The notes beneath the pieces were generated by a model. The model saw only the letters and a list, made by a program, of their open reading frames with translations, was not told where the DNA came from and made no database searches. This document shows positions 12,301 through 24,932 of a stretch of 64,000 bases of DNA, piece after piece; the first letter of the stretch is position 1, and every line of letters begins with the position of its first letter. Source of the stretch: the human T2T-CHM13v2.0 reference genome, Homo sapiens; the NCBI RefSeq assembly GCF_009914755.1, contig NC_060931.1. One strand, given 5' to 3'. Position numbers and translations under genes: made by a program.

Positions 12301-12957
12301 ACTTAGGCTTAACACACAGATCTTGGCCCACTTTGTGTGCTGTGGTTCCAATAAGAGTTTAATTTTGGTTTATCTGATGCATCTGGGACTCCCTGATGCT
12401 GCAGTATGAAAGGACAGATGAGATTTCTCCAGTCCAGCTGCCTCCATGTTGGGGAGATGGAGCCTCCAGCAGTTGGAGAAGAAGGGGACTTCTTAGGAGC
12501 CCAGGTCTTTGTTGCATCAGGAGCCATCCTGCTGTGGGGCAGCCAGTGTTTCCAGGCCAGGTCACTTGATATTGTGGAATACTCCTTGCCCTGTCTCCTG
12601 GGTGCTTGTTGTGGTTCCTCTACCCTCAGGGGAAGAACAACCATTTGCCTGGCTATTCATTACCAGTGTCATCCGAGCTGATCCCCCTGTTGGTGTTGCA
12701 GGGGCAGCTTGGTTTGTTGGAAGGACTCCTGGTCCCTCCAGAGAGGCAGCCCAGCTAGGCTGCCTTCTGTTACTAGAATGTTAGAAATGTGAGGTATTTT
12801 GGCTGGGGATTTTAATGTGTGTGTACGTGTGTGTGTGTATTCTCTATTTGCAGTTTTTAAAGATTTTACAGATCTTCTACATGTGTTGCATTAATAATGT
12901 TATTCAACCTTTGCATATCTGTATGCATTTTTGGTTAGTATAGCTGGCGTTTACTGA

Positions 12958-13334
<377 letters not shown>

Positions 13335-14121
13335 TCTATCCCTATTTTTATTGAATACTGAAGCTGAGAGTTCAAGGTTTTTCTCTGTTTGCTGTGCTGG
13401 CTGCTTTTCAGCTCCTGTGCCATTGTGAGGGTCTCCTAGTGACCCTAGGGAGATGTGGTTAGACTCTCAAACCCTCCTTAAGCATTGTCCCTTTGGCATT
13501 TAGACTATTTTCAGTATTAAATGTAATAATATTGCAATAGACATCTTCATGGAAATAACTTTATATTTTATTTAAACTATTTCCTTAGGATAGAGTCCTT
13601 TTATCTTGAGAGAGTAAAGCATGTGCATTTGTTATGGATCAGTGACTGCATTTTTCTGATACCAAATTATTTTATAAAAGTCTTATGCCAGTGTACTCTG
13701 CCAGTAGCAATAAATGAAAAAATATACCAATTTTATTCTATCCTCAATAGTGTTGGGTACCATTAAACAAGTAAGTATTAGTTGAGAATGTATCTTTGAG
13801 GAAGAAATGTGGGCAAGCATTGATTAATTTGGTCAGTATATACTGGGGACATATGCTGTACCCAGCAGTGACTCTAACACTGGCGAGACAGCAGTGAACA
13901 GGCAGGTAGCCCCTGGATGGACAGAGTCAAGGAGAGAGGTTTCAGAGGACTCACCTGTGATGTGAGAGCATTGGAACTTTTCATGTTATTGAGGAAGGCA
14001 TTAGCTGGCCTGCAGGCAGATCTTTGCTCTGGTGGCCACATCATATACAGTCCTTGTTGGAAGATTTATCTTAATATAACAGCTGAATAAGAGACATATC
14101 CAAATATGCTTCATTTTGCAG

Positions 14122-14235
14122 GCTAATTACACCTTTTATATTGTGGACAAACTAAAAACTTTATCAGAAACACTGCTGGAAATGTCCAGCCTTTTCCAGA
14201 GAAGTGGAAGTGGCCAGATGTTCAACCAGCTGCAG
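14122..14235 (+). CDS. ABCA13: ABCA13 exon, 114 nt, phase 0-0: [38 protein letters not shown] (ECD1)
   Basis: Acceptor tcattttgcag, donor CAG|gtgagt; open frame; N-Y-T sequon. Confidence 0.93.
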
Positions 14236-14789
14236 GTGAGTGGTTGGTCTTTGCCACCGAGGGATGGGGAGCTACTGCTAGGGCATGTCCGAGACATCAG
14301 GGCTGCCCTGTAGAAGATTCTACAGAGTCACATCAGGCATAGTGGTTCTAGTTGACTCATATAATTGACATAAAACTAGAGATGTGTGAAAACTTTTTGT
14401 GAATTTTCAGTATTTTACCCATGCAAAATGGTATCGTTGTGAGAATGATTAATAATTTAATAGTAACTTTTTCTTTAAATTCTTTATTAAGCTTAATGCT
14501 TTTTAGATTGTTTGCATATTTTTGAATTGCAGGTCTATTCAACAATCAATGATCATTTCTGCATATTCTGTATTGATAACTTAATATTTTTAAAAGGAAC
14601 GACTTACAGTTTAGAATGGCCTGACTCCATTAGAGTCTGACAATCATTAATATAAAACTTTAATTCAGGTAGATCACCTAATAATTTTTTGGGCATTTGT
14701 GTAGCTTCAACTTACCTTAACTCTGATAGGATGAGAAAATATGCCTGCATTTTAATTCATGTTTAGTTTTTTTATTAACTTACCAGGTA

Positions 14790-15006
14790 AGTAGTTCAGA
14801 GTATGGACTCAGGAGCTAGAATCCTTTGAGTTTGATTCCCGGCTCAACCCCTGCCACCAGTTGTGTGATCTTGGGCTAGTCACTGAAGTTCTCTGTACCT
14901 TGAGTTTCTTCCCTGAGAAATGAGGAAGCGATAGTAGTTATGAGGTATAAATGGGTCAGGATACATGGAGCCCTTGGAATAGGTTTTGACACAGAGAAAA
15001 TGCTAC
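14790..15006 (+). mobile_element. MIR SINE
   Basis: agagtatggactcaggagctaga...tgtgtgatcttgggctagtcact..ttctctgtacct..gtttctt. Confidence 0.8.
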
Positions 15007-15460
15007 TGTGTGAGTCTGAGTTTTCCAAGAAGCAGATGCCAAGACAGGATTACATGTGCAATAATTTTATTTTGGGAGATAGCTGCTGAGGAAAGGAAGA
15101 GGAAGCTAGACAGGTTGGAAGCAAGGTTGTCAGTGGTGATGCAAGTCTGACCCTGAGGAAAGGAGAGAGGGAGAGGGTCGGGTGGAAGCATCCTGGTGGG
15201 CCCTGCAATTTAATGGAAATCAGATAAGGCCGAGAGGGAGTCACAGAGCTAAAGTCAGTTATCAAGGTAGGGGTCCCATGTCAGTGGAGTCCTGTGGCTC
15301 CTGGGAGTGGGCCTGATGTGGTGGTCATTGGTGAGAGACAGCCCATGGGAGGCGTGGCCTCAGGGCAAAGTGCCATGGATTCAGAGTGCAGCAGTGGGCC
15401 CTGCCATTTCCGTTTCCTGCAGTTGGAGGTCTGCGATGTTCATTCTCACAGCGACCATGG
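15007..15460 (-). mobile_element. ERVL solo LTR (LTR16/LTR33-like)
   Basis: agaagcagatgccaagacaggatt..atgtgcaa..attttatt..gggaga, then gatgcaagtctgacc; family recalled. Confidence 0.6.
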
Positions 15461-15899
15461 CCATATGTATTAGCTAGTATTGTAATCTTCTTTAATTTGT
15501 TTGTGTATGGATTAATTTGTTAATACAGACATCAGCAAACCTTTGCAGTTAATGGGACAGATAGTATTTTAGACTAGATAAGGTCTCTGCTGCAACTATA
15601 TATAATCTCATGCAATATTATAAGCACCAAGTCGAGAATGTACAAATATCTAGGAGAACATAAAACAGTGCCTAACTCGGCCTCAAAAATAGGGCAGCTC
15701 CTTGTGAAGTCTATGGTGTACCTGAGTACTACTTACTAAGTAGCCATGTCAGAAATCAGTCACATGTTCAACCAGTTGAAGAACTTATCTTCCAAAGGAT
15801 AAGACGGCGTAAGTTGTTCCTCTATTTCTTAGCTTTGGGATCATGCTCAAGGGAACTCGCAGTACCTTGGGTTTGTAGTAGTCGATGTGTATGTTGCAG

Positions 15900-16075
15900 G
15901 CCTGGTTCTGCCACTAGATGGAGTGGTTAGAGTCTCTGAGGAAAGCCCTAACTTTGCTCTGCTTCCCTGTTCCATCAGTAAAAGACAACAGTACCCTCCT
16001 GGGGATGTTGTTGAGATTAAATGACATGATGCATAATAACTACCCTGCACATTGACTGGCAAATAGCGAATGCCC
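15900..16075 (+). mobile_element. MIR SINE fragment
   Basis: cctggttctgccact...ggatgttgttgagattaaatgacatgatgcat. Confidence 0.6.
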
Positions 16076-17064
16076 AGTGAAGGAAGATAAATAAGATTCC
16101 AAAAAAGAAAAGCAAACACCAAACTTTCATAATAAAACCTTGTCATCCTTAGACAAGATTAGTTAAAACTATCACATGTAATAAGGTGAATGTGAGAAAT
16201 AAAAGAGCTAATTACAAAGGGCACATATTACTTGAGAATTCCTATATGGACCTCTTGTGCTATTAGGTTATGTGCTGGACCAAAATCTGGATAGTGTACA
16301 AATATTCTCCAAGAAATTGGCAAATTCCAAAATTAATTCCCAGTCATTGATCCTGAGGCAGAGCCTGGATACATCAGTATCTTTCCCTCTCAGCTTCTTG
16401 TTGGTTGTTGTATGTTGTAAGTGTCAGGCAGTGCAATGCAAGTACATGGATATCAATGGCAAAATAAAGGGGCAAGATGTCATGAAGTTGATGAAAAAAT
16501 CTTGGAGAACTCTCCACAGTAAACAATTTGTCTCCAATCATTGAAAAATGAGGCAAAGTCACAACCATCAATAATAACGAGAGAAGAATGGTACAGATGA
16601 AGCAATGAAAGATGCTTCCGAAGATGAATAGCCAAACATTGAGAGAGGGTTTGGGAAATTCTGAAATCCTCCTTCAGAGTTTTCATAACAATGACCCTCT
16701 GTTTACAACTGGCCTCTGGGAAAGGCCATGCAAAGGAAAGGAATCTTATAGAAAGGTTCATTATATAGGTTCGTTTGAAAATTTTGCCAAAAACAAACCA
16801 CTTAATTCATTCTTTGTTTTTAGTATTAACACATAATTACAACTACAACATAAATTTTCATAATTGTTGATTTTGTTTTTCAAGGTAAGCTTCTAATAAG
16901 ATATTATCCTGTTATTTATTGTGGTGTTTTAAAACTTCTTTTAAGTGGATTCAGTTTATGTGCCTTGTTCCTTTGTAATGAAACTTTGAATAAGTCTAAT
17001 AAGTATTATTCAATAATACGAAATAATGCAATTATTTTTATTAAGCTATATTATTTTTCTTTAG

Positions 17065-17155
17065 GAGGCCCTGAGAAACAAATTTGTAAGAAACTTTGTA
17101 GAAAACCAGTTGCACATTGATGTAGACAAACTTACTGAAAAACTCCAGACATACG
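17065..17155 (+). CDS. ABCA13: ABCA13 exon, 91 nt, phase 0-1: [30 protein letters not shown](G)
   Basis: Acceptor ttatttttctttag, donor ACG|gtaagt; phase fits both neighbours. Not shown in the ORF track. Confidence 0.92.
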
Positions 17156-18802
17156 GTAAGTGTGCTGATGGGCATGGTAGTGTTCTTCTGCCCATATGGC
17201 TCTGCCACTTGGGTGGGTCCTCCCCCTTGGGCCATGGCATTGCTAGGTGACTTCCAGCAAGTCACTTTTCCTCTCTCAGTTTCTATTTTCTTATCTGGAT
17301 CCTGAAGGGCTTGAACTAAATACTCCCCAAAGTTTGTTTCATACCTGAAGTTTTTTCGATTCACTGATTCAGGACTTAACTAGTAAAGAACCTAGTTAAA
17401 AAGGAAGTTTTCTGATTCAAACACAAGAATTGTGAATTACAAAACAAGTTTATAAAAGAAATTATTATTATTATTGAGTTAAAAGTAACTTGAAAGCCAT
17501 TGCATAGATTTGAAAATGGGAAGCTCAGATAAAAACATTACCTATCAGTAAACATTTATTGTACCTCTGCAATTGATGTATCTGTGAATTCATTTAGGTG
17601 TTTTAACAAACATTTGCTGGACACACGAGGAGAGCCAGTTCCATGAAATAATCCATAGAGGGGCATAAAATATTCCTGTTCCACCATGCAGTGCAGAGAA
17701 GAAGATGACCATGCTTAGAAACTGCAACACTGTGGCAAAATCAGCGATCAGGGCCCTGCCAGAGAAGCTCTCAGGAGCCTAACCCAGTTGGTGGGGACCT
17801 GGAGTCAGAGGGAGGATGGGTGTCAGGCTGTTCCAGGTCCCTGGCTCCCTCACACTCTGCTTGTACATGGGAAAGGGTTTCGGATCTGCCTTACATATGA
17901 AAGTGAGAGGAAGGCAAGACATTTTATTCGGCATAATATAGTACTTCCCTTTAAAAAAATTTCTGGTGAATGCAATACTTAATATTTTACTTCAGAAAGG
18001 TTAATCATATTTTAAAATGTTTCATATTTTAAATGCATTACATAATTTTTTCAATTAATTAAAACACCTTTAAAAGAAGAAGTAGCACTGGAAAGTTTAT
18101 AATAATAGTGTCCCCATCTTCTGTTGCTGGAACCAAGGACTGACATGGGTCTGAGAGATTTCCTGTGTGGAACGCAGATGTCTCCTGAGTTTGCGTCTAC
18201 CATGGTGCTAGTGTTAATGCAGATGTCTTAGAGTGTGAATCGTACCTGAGCCACATTTGTTCAACATGTTGCTGCTTAGCCAACAGTACATTTGAATAGG
18301 TTTTCCCACATGTAAACTTCTATTGTAAAATTAAGAGAAAGTTCCCCAGAAATTTAGAACTTTTCCTACAAGTGTGTTGGGACACAGAATATGAGATTCA
18401 CATGGAATTTTGAGATCCATGAGGTGTGATCCTCTCTTCTTTCTGCTTCCGCCTGACGCTAGAGATTGAAGACCATATCATCCAGGTGAATGTTGGTTAT
18501 TTTCCATCCGACCCTGTACAGCCCTCTGGGAGCAGGCACAGAGTGGGGTCAGGCATTCACGGGTGGGGTGGCGGTGGGGGATTGATCACTGACCAGATGC
18601 AAATCTCCTTTTGTAACTATGCTAACAAATGAACTCACCTTACTGCATGCACCCTTTTAAAATTTATACCTAGGTCATACTCACTTTTCTTCATCCTATA
18701 AACAGTACCTGGAAACTGAGGTGACTATTTGAAGATATACTGATGCAACTTTTGGGAATATTTGCCCAATCATGCTGTCATTTTTATTCATTATATAACT
18801 TT

Positions 18803-19105
18803 CATTTTATTTTTATTTTTTTTAGACAAGAGTTTTGCTCTTGTCATCCAGGCTGTAGTGCAATGGTGCAATCTCAGCTCACTGCAACCTGCGACTTCTG
18901 GGTTCAAGCAATTCTCCTGTCCCACCCTCCTGAGTGGCTGGAACTACAGGTGCGCACCGCCATGCCCGGCTAATTTTTGTATTTTTAGTAGAGATGGGGT
19001 TTCACCAAGTTGGCCAGGTTGGCTCGAACTCCTGACCTCAGGTGATCCTCCTGCCTCGGCCTCCCAAAGTGCTGGGATTACAGGCGTGAGCCACTGCGCC
19101 TGGCC
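18803..19105 (-). mobile_element. AluS (Sp/Sq-like) SINE with 15-bp TSD TCATTATATAACTTT
   Basis: Full Alu; TSD at 18788-18802 and 19106-19120, right copy followed by aa (L1 endonuclease-type site). Confidence 0.95.
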
Positions 19106-20506
19106 TCATTATATAACTTTAAAAAATAACTTTTTGCTTTATTACAAAAAGTATATATGTCTGTTGTAGAAACATTAGAAAATACAAATAAGCCAGAAAA
19201 CAAATCCACCTATAATCTTATCACCACAGATAGCTATTTTAAAAGCCTCGGAGTTCTTTTTTAGGTGAATTTATATGTACTCATATGAAGATAAGAATAT
19301 GTATTTTCACAAAAATGATTATACTGTTCACATAATTTTGTTACCTGAGTCTCCTGAGTTTGCATCTACCATGGTGCTAGTGTTAATGCAGATGTCTTAG
19401 AGTGTGAATCGTACCTGAGCCACGTTTGTTCAACACATTGCTGCTTAGCCAACACTACTTTTGAATAAGTTTTCCTATTCAAAAATTAAGATTATTATAA
19501 AAGTTTTTCATATCTATAAATATTGACTGTTACTAAGAAAAAGTCCCTTCATCTAGCTCTGCCTTCCATTTCACTCCATAGTATGAATTTAAAATTACTT
19601 AGGAATTTCTTTGGGATCGGTCCTTATATTTCTAACTGATACACCTACGGCAGTATTTCTTGATTTATTTGTTACAGGAATTATCAATTGATTTCTTGTT
19701 CTGAAAGATGCAGATTTAGTTTTGTACTACATCATTTCCCTGATCAGTTGCTCCCACTATGGTAATATGACCATTTTAGTAGTTATAAAACAGTATGAGG
19801 AGATAAATGTTGTTCAGTGCAGAGTCAGGCTATGCATTATAATGACATTCCCTTATTTACCATGTTTCCCTTTTCCTAGAGTTTCATGCTCTCTTGCTAC
19901 TACATGAAACACCTGTTCTCCATTGCTCCCAGCTCTGTGTGCCAACACATCACCTTTATGTTGAGTCATTTTGTCTGTGCAGACGCCACCCAGACCCCCT
20001 ACCATGCTCCACCTGGGCAGGCTAGCCGCTCCTGCCAGCACCCAGCTGCTTTCCTAGGAATTCTCTGCTCTGCTCTCCTGGGGTGGATACCATGATTCCT
20101 GGGCTCTAGGTCCTCATTTTTGTTTTGTTGTCATGTTTTGTGGGTTCATATTAATCAGTGTAGTCTTGAAAAAGAGAATGAGAGAAAAAATTCCTGAGTG
20201 ATTTTACTCAGTAAAGTAAAATTACATCTGAATGATATGTGGAAATATCCTCTATTTCATTACCAATAATTTTGCATCTCTTCTTTCTCTCTCCTTTTTG
20301 CTTTTAATCAGTCTTGTCAGAGGGTTATCAATTTTTATTAGTCTTAAAAAAACCCACCGTTTATGGCCTTATATTTCATTTGATTTCATTGATTTCTGCT
20401 CTCTATTGGTTTTTTCCTTTTGCCCTGTGTGTGTGTATGTGTGTGTGTTTGGTAACTTCTTGAGATGAATACTTAAATTATTCATGTCCACCTTGTCTTC
20501 TTTTCT

Positions 20507-20680
20507 TTTCTGATATATATATATATCTTTCTGATATATATATATATATCTTTCTGATATATATATATATATCTTTCTGATATATATATATATCTTTCTG
20601 ATATATATATATATATCTTTCTGATATATATATACTCATATATATATACTCATATATATATATTCATATATATATACTCA
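20507..20680. repeat. Compound minisatellite: six TTTCTGA(TA)n units, then CTCA(TA)n units
   Basis: Directly visible. Confidence 0.95.
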
Positions 20681-21672
20681 TCACTAGACACTTCCCTCTG
20701 GCATTACCTTAACTGCATCTCACTAATTTTGATATCTTGTATTTTCACTCTCATTCAGTTAAGCATATTTTAAACATGTGGTGTAATTTCCTTTTTTTTT
20801 CACCTTTAGGTTATTTGAAAGACTATAGCTTAATTTCTAAATATTTGGTATTATTTATTTATCTTTGGGTTAATGACTTCCAGCTTTACTTCACAGTGGT
20901 AAGATAATGTACTTCGCTAATACGATTTCATTTGCTTAACATTTATGGAGACTCACTCAATCCTTGCACACAGGGTCAGTTTTGGTTCCTGCATTGTTGG
21001 GTGCCGTCTTGAGCATCCTCACTGTGTCCTTGTTCCATCAGCTCTTAAGAGGTGTGTGTTTACATTTCTCGTTATGACTGTGGGATTGCCTATTTCTCCT
21101 TGAGGTTCTGTCCACTTAGGCTTTATATACTTTAAGGCTGTATTGTATTTTCTGTTGAGGACTTGTTTGAGACATTTATATTTTCCTTTGTTTGTATTTA
21201 AATTATCTTCCAGCCTCTCCCCCTTCTTTTACTTCTTTATTTCTTTCCGGAAGTTTTTCTGTGACTGACTTAGTTATGGTTTCTTATGAGAATCCTCTTT
21301 TGGCTCTGTAGCATTTCTTGAATCAGTGGCCAAATATCTTATATTTGGGGAAAGTCTTGGCTACTATCTTTTGAAGCATTGCTTCTGATCACTTCTCTCT
21401 CTGCTTTCCTCTGCAACTCTTCTAAACAAGATGAAAACTTTTCACAGTGTTCAATGCTTCTTATTTCCTTTTCTATATAATCCAACCTATTTTCTCTTTA
21501 TACTTCAGTTTGTGATTTCTTTTCTTACTAGTTTTTTAATCGACAAATTCTCTCTTCAGCTGGGTCTAATCTGCTATTAAACATACCAATGAAGTTCTTC
21601 ATTTCAGTTGTTGCATTTTCCGCTTAAAATTTAAATTTTCTTATTTTAAAATAGTTTTTAGCTCTCTGGTGA

Positions 21673-21750
21673 AAGTCTATTTTCATCTAATTTTGGACAC
21701 AATACTCACATAAGTCTATTTTCATCTAATTTTGGACACAATACTCACAT
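21673..21750. repeat. Perfect 39-bp tandem duplication
   Basis: aagtctattttcatctaattttggacacaatactcacat twice (21673-21711 and 21712-21750). Confidence 0.97.
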
Positions 21751-22311
21751 TTTGGAAGTGCATGTTTGTGAGCTTTAATACTTGTCTTTTGTGGGTATTT
21801 TTTTAGTCTATTTTTCTCTTGCTTTTTTTTTTGGTTATTTTTCTTGTCTTGTCTCCAGGAATATTAAGGATTAAAAAAATTGAAACCAGACATTATAAAT
21901 GGAAAATTGTAGAAATAAATTTGAGTCTCCTGATAGTGCTATATTCCTCTAGATAATGTTATTTTCCTGCTTGTGGCAGAGAGCTAGGGCAGGGCCACGT
22001 TTTCCTAATCCATTTGGGGATGGAGTGGATTGATGGAGGTAGACTTCAGCCTTAGTAGGGAAATTTCCAGTTTCCTGTACTCCTGGATAGATTCCCTATT
22101 TGGGTGGGGTGGGGATCTCACCTATAAAGCTGATACCGATTAGGGCCCATGTAGATCCAGAGCTCAAAGTCCCGTGGACCACTGGAGACTCAGCCTCTCA
22201 GTTTTTGGCAGGATCAAATACCAGGCTTCCCAAGGTTCTCTTTTCTCTTGCATCTCTGACCTTTGAGCTTTTGCTGCCTTGGTAGCTCTTTAAAGTCTTT
22301 ATATAGATTTT

Positions 22312-22465
22312 CTTTTTTTTTTTAATTTCAATAGGGTTTTGGGGAGCAGGTGGTGGTTGGTTATATGGATAAGTTCTTTAGTGGTGCTTTCTGAGATTTT
22401 AGCGCAGCCATCACCTGAGCAGTATACACTGTACCCAATGTGTAGACTTTTTTAAACTTTTAAAC
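22312..22465 (-). mobile_element. Very short 5'-truncated L1PB-type 3' end with 21-bp TSD
   Basis: Poly-T, then ggtttttggggagcaggtggt..ggttatatggataagttctttagtgg; taaagtctttatatagatttt at 22291-22311 and 22466-22486. Confidence 0.88.
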
Positions 22466-22848
22466 TAAAGTCTTTATATAGATTTTTTAAAGGCCATTCA
22501 TATTTTCTGGTTGTTCTTGGAAGGAAACTTCATCTGCCCCACATTGTCCTCCATTACTCTAAGTGGGGTTTCCTCAATATGACCTTTCAATCTGAAGACG
22601 ACAGCTCTTCAATTAAGGGGAGTTTTCTTGTCATCATTTCTTTGATATTTTTACCTCTCTATAAAAATAATGCTATTTTAACTTTAGTTTATTTTAAAAT
22701 TACTATTACTGTTTTCTATTTGTTTATTTTGAGTTCTCTCTTTCATGTTGAAGGGTTCACTTAAATGTTTGGTGATATTATGTGTGAAGCATTAAAACCA
22801 GACTGAAAGTGATTTGGTGAGTAGAAGTTATTGTGACTCAGTTCATAT

Positions 22849-23060
22849 CAGTAGTTCTCAAATGAGGATGATTTTGTCCTCTAAGGGATGTGTGGTTATG
22901 TCTGGAGATATTTTTGGTTGTCACAGCTGGTCACAGCTACTGCCACCTAACAGGTAGAGGCTAGGGGTACTGCTAAACATCCTACACTGCATGGAACAGC
23001 CCTCCACAGCAAGGAATTATGTGCCCAAAGTGTCTGTAGGGCCTAGGTTGAGAAACTCTC
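22849..23060 (+). mobile_element. MER20 hAT-Charlie DNA transposon
   Basis: cagtagttctcaa...tgtctggagatatttttggttgtcac...ggtagaggctagg..tgctaaacatcctaca...ggttgagaaac. Confidence 0.85.
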
Positions 23061-23715
23061 ATTTAGAGCAATAAGATGGAGTCACTTCTTGAAAACAAAT
23101 TTCAGGAGGAGACACGTTGGAATGTCAAATCCTCTGGTCTGTTTTGGCTGATGCCTGCCATGTCTGGGGTCCTCAGGTATATACACTGAATGGTGAACAA
23201 TCGTTAACTTGTATTATTCTCTGGGGCTTGGCCCCACATTAGTGTAGAATTTTATACTATGTTGTTTTATGTCCACCTATATGTGAACCTCAGTATTGTT
23301 TTTGCCCTTTCAGACTTAAAGTAGCCTGTGTTTCTTTACCACATAGGGTTTCACATGGGCCCTATGTGTTTTTCTTGGCTCATTTTTCCTATATATTGTG
23401 AGATGAAGCAACCCAATAAGAGCTGTGATTCTAGGACTCTTACCAGAGGCTTTGCCCATTCGTGTCCTGTCCTCTGTAATCCATCTTTCTCTCATAGCAG
23501 TGCCCTCATCATTTAGGTTGGGGAGTGTACTCAAGGTCTCCAAAGTGATGGAACATGCAGTTAATACTAGACCACATTTTATTTTTATTATATCTAGTCC
23601 ATTGTGCAGGAACTATTACCCAACAAAGATATTGCTTCTTTCCTCCCAGAGGAGGGAGATCTGCCCAGTGTCCTAAGACCTAAGAGTTTTTGTGTGGAGC
23701 TGCTTTTCTGAGTTG

Positions 23716-24932
23716 TAGTTAATGCCACATAATAACATTTTAGTCAACATTGATCTGCATACATGATGATGTTCCTATAAGGTCATAATGAGCTGAAAAT
23801 TCCTACTGCCTAGTGACTTTGTAGCTGTCAGCACATTGTAGAACAACACATTACTCACTTGTTTGTGGGGATGTTGGTGTAAACAAACCTACTGCACTGC
23901 CAGTCATATAAAAGTCTAGCACACACAATTATGTACAGCACGTAATACTTGATCATCGTAATAAACTACTGTTATTATTGGTGTATGTGTTTAATTCAAT
24001 TCAGAGTGTACTTCATATATATATTTATGAGTTAAGTGTAAAGCAGCCTCAAGTAGGTCCCTCAGGAGGTATCCAGAAAAATCCATTGCTAGCACAGGAG
24101 ATGACAGCTCTGCGTGTGTTAGTGCCCTGAAGACCTCCTTCCAGTGGGACAAGAGGTGGAGGTGGAAAAAAGTGATATTGATGATAATGACCCTGTGTAG
24201 GCCTAGGCTAATGTGTGGTTTTGTGAGTTAGTTTTTAACAAAAAAATTTAAAAAGAAAGAAAAAACCTAAAAATAAAAACAAGCTAGCTCATAGAATAAG
24301 GATGTAAAGAAAATATTTTTGTACAGCTGTACAATGTGTTTTGTATTTTAAGCTAAGTATGATTACAAAAGGGTCAAAAAGTCAAAAAATTAAAAAGTTT
24401 ATAAAGTATAAAGTTATAGTAATCTAAGGTTAATTTATTTTTGAAGAAAAATTTAAAAAATAAATTTAGTGTAGCTTAAGTATACAGTGTTTATAAAGTG
24501 TATAAAGTTTATAAAGTGTACGGTAATGTCCTAGGCCTTCACATTCACTCACTGCTCACTGCCTCATCAGAGCAACTTCCAGCCTGCAAGCTTTATTGGT
24601 GAGTACTCAATCTAAGTGTATCATTTAATACCATATAAAATCTTTCATATCATATTTTTATTATACCTTTTCTATGTTTAGATATGTTTAGATAAACAAA
24701 TCCTTACCATCGTGTTACAATTGCCTACAGCATTCAGTACAATAACATTCTATGCAGGTTTGTAGCCTAGGAGCAATAGGCTATGCTATACAGCTAGGTG
24801 TGCAGTAGGCTGTACCATCTAGGATTGTGTAAGTCCACTCTGTGATGTTCACACACGATGAAATTGCCTAATGCTGCCTTTTTATGCCGCATTTCTCAGA
24901 ATGCATCCTCATGATTAAGTGATGCATGGCTG
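23716..24932 (+). mobile_element. Tigger3b/MER7B (TcMar-Tigger) non-autonomous DNA transposon
   Basis: Matches recalled consensus (gagctgaaaattccta..gcctagtgac; ggtgtaaacaaacctactgc); ends taagtgatgcatggctg followed by TA; ~1.2 kb. Confidence 0.85.

Larger units (their letters stand above)
20200..21900 (-). mobile_element. Old L1M internal fragments
   Basis: T-rich L1 antisense signatures (agggttatcaatttt, actgcatctcactaattttgata, cttcagctgggtctaatctgctattaa); boundaries approximate. Confidence 0.6.

Noticed and set aside
17062-17067. NAGNAG acceptors TAG-GAG here and CAG-GAG at 29363-29368
   Set aside because: A distal GAG is rarely used as an acceptor, so this has little predictive value without junction data.
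20507-20680. CRISPR-like repeat/spacer appearance
   Set aside because: The anchors are only 7-9 bp and the spacers are plain TA runs; this is a eukaryotic minisatellite.
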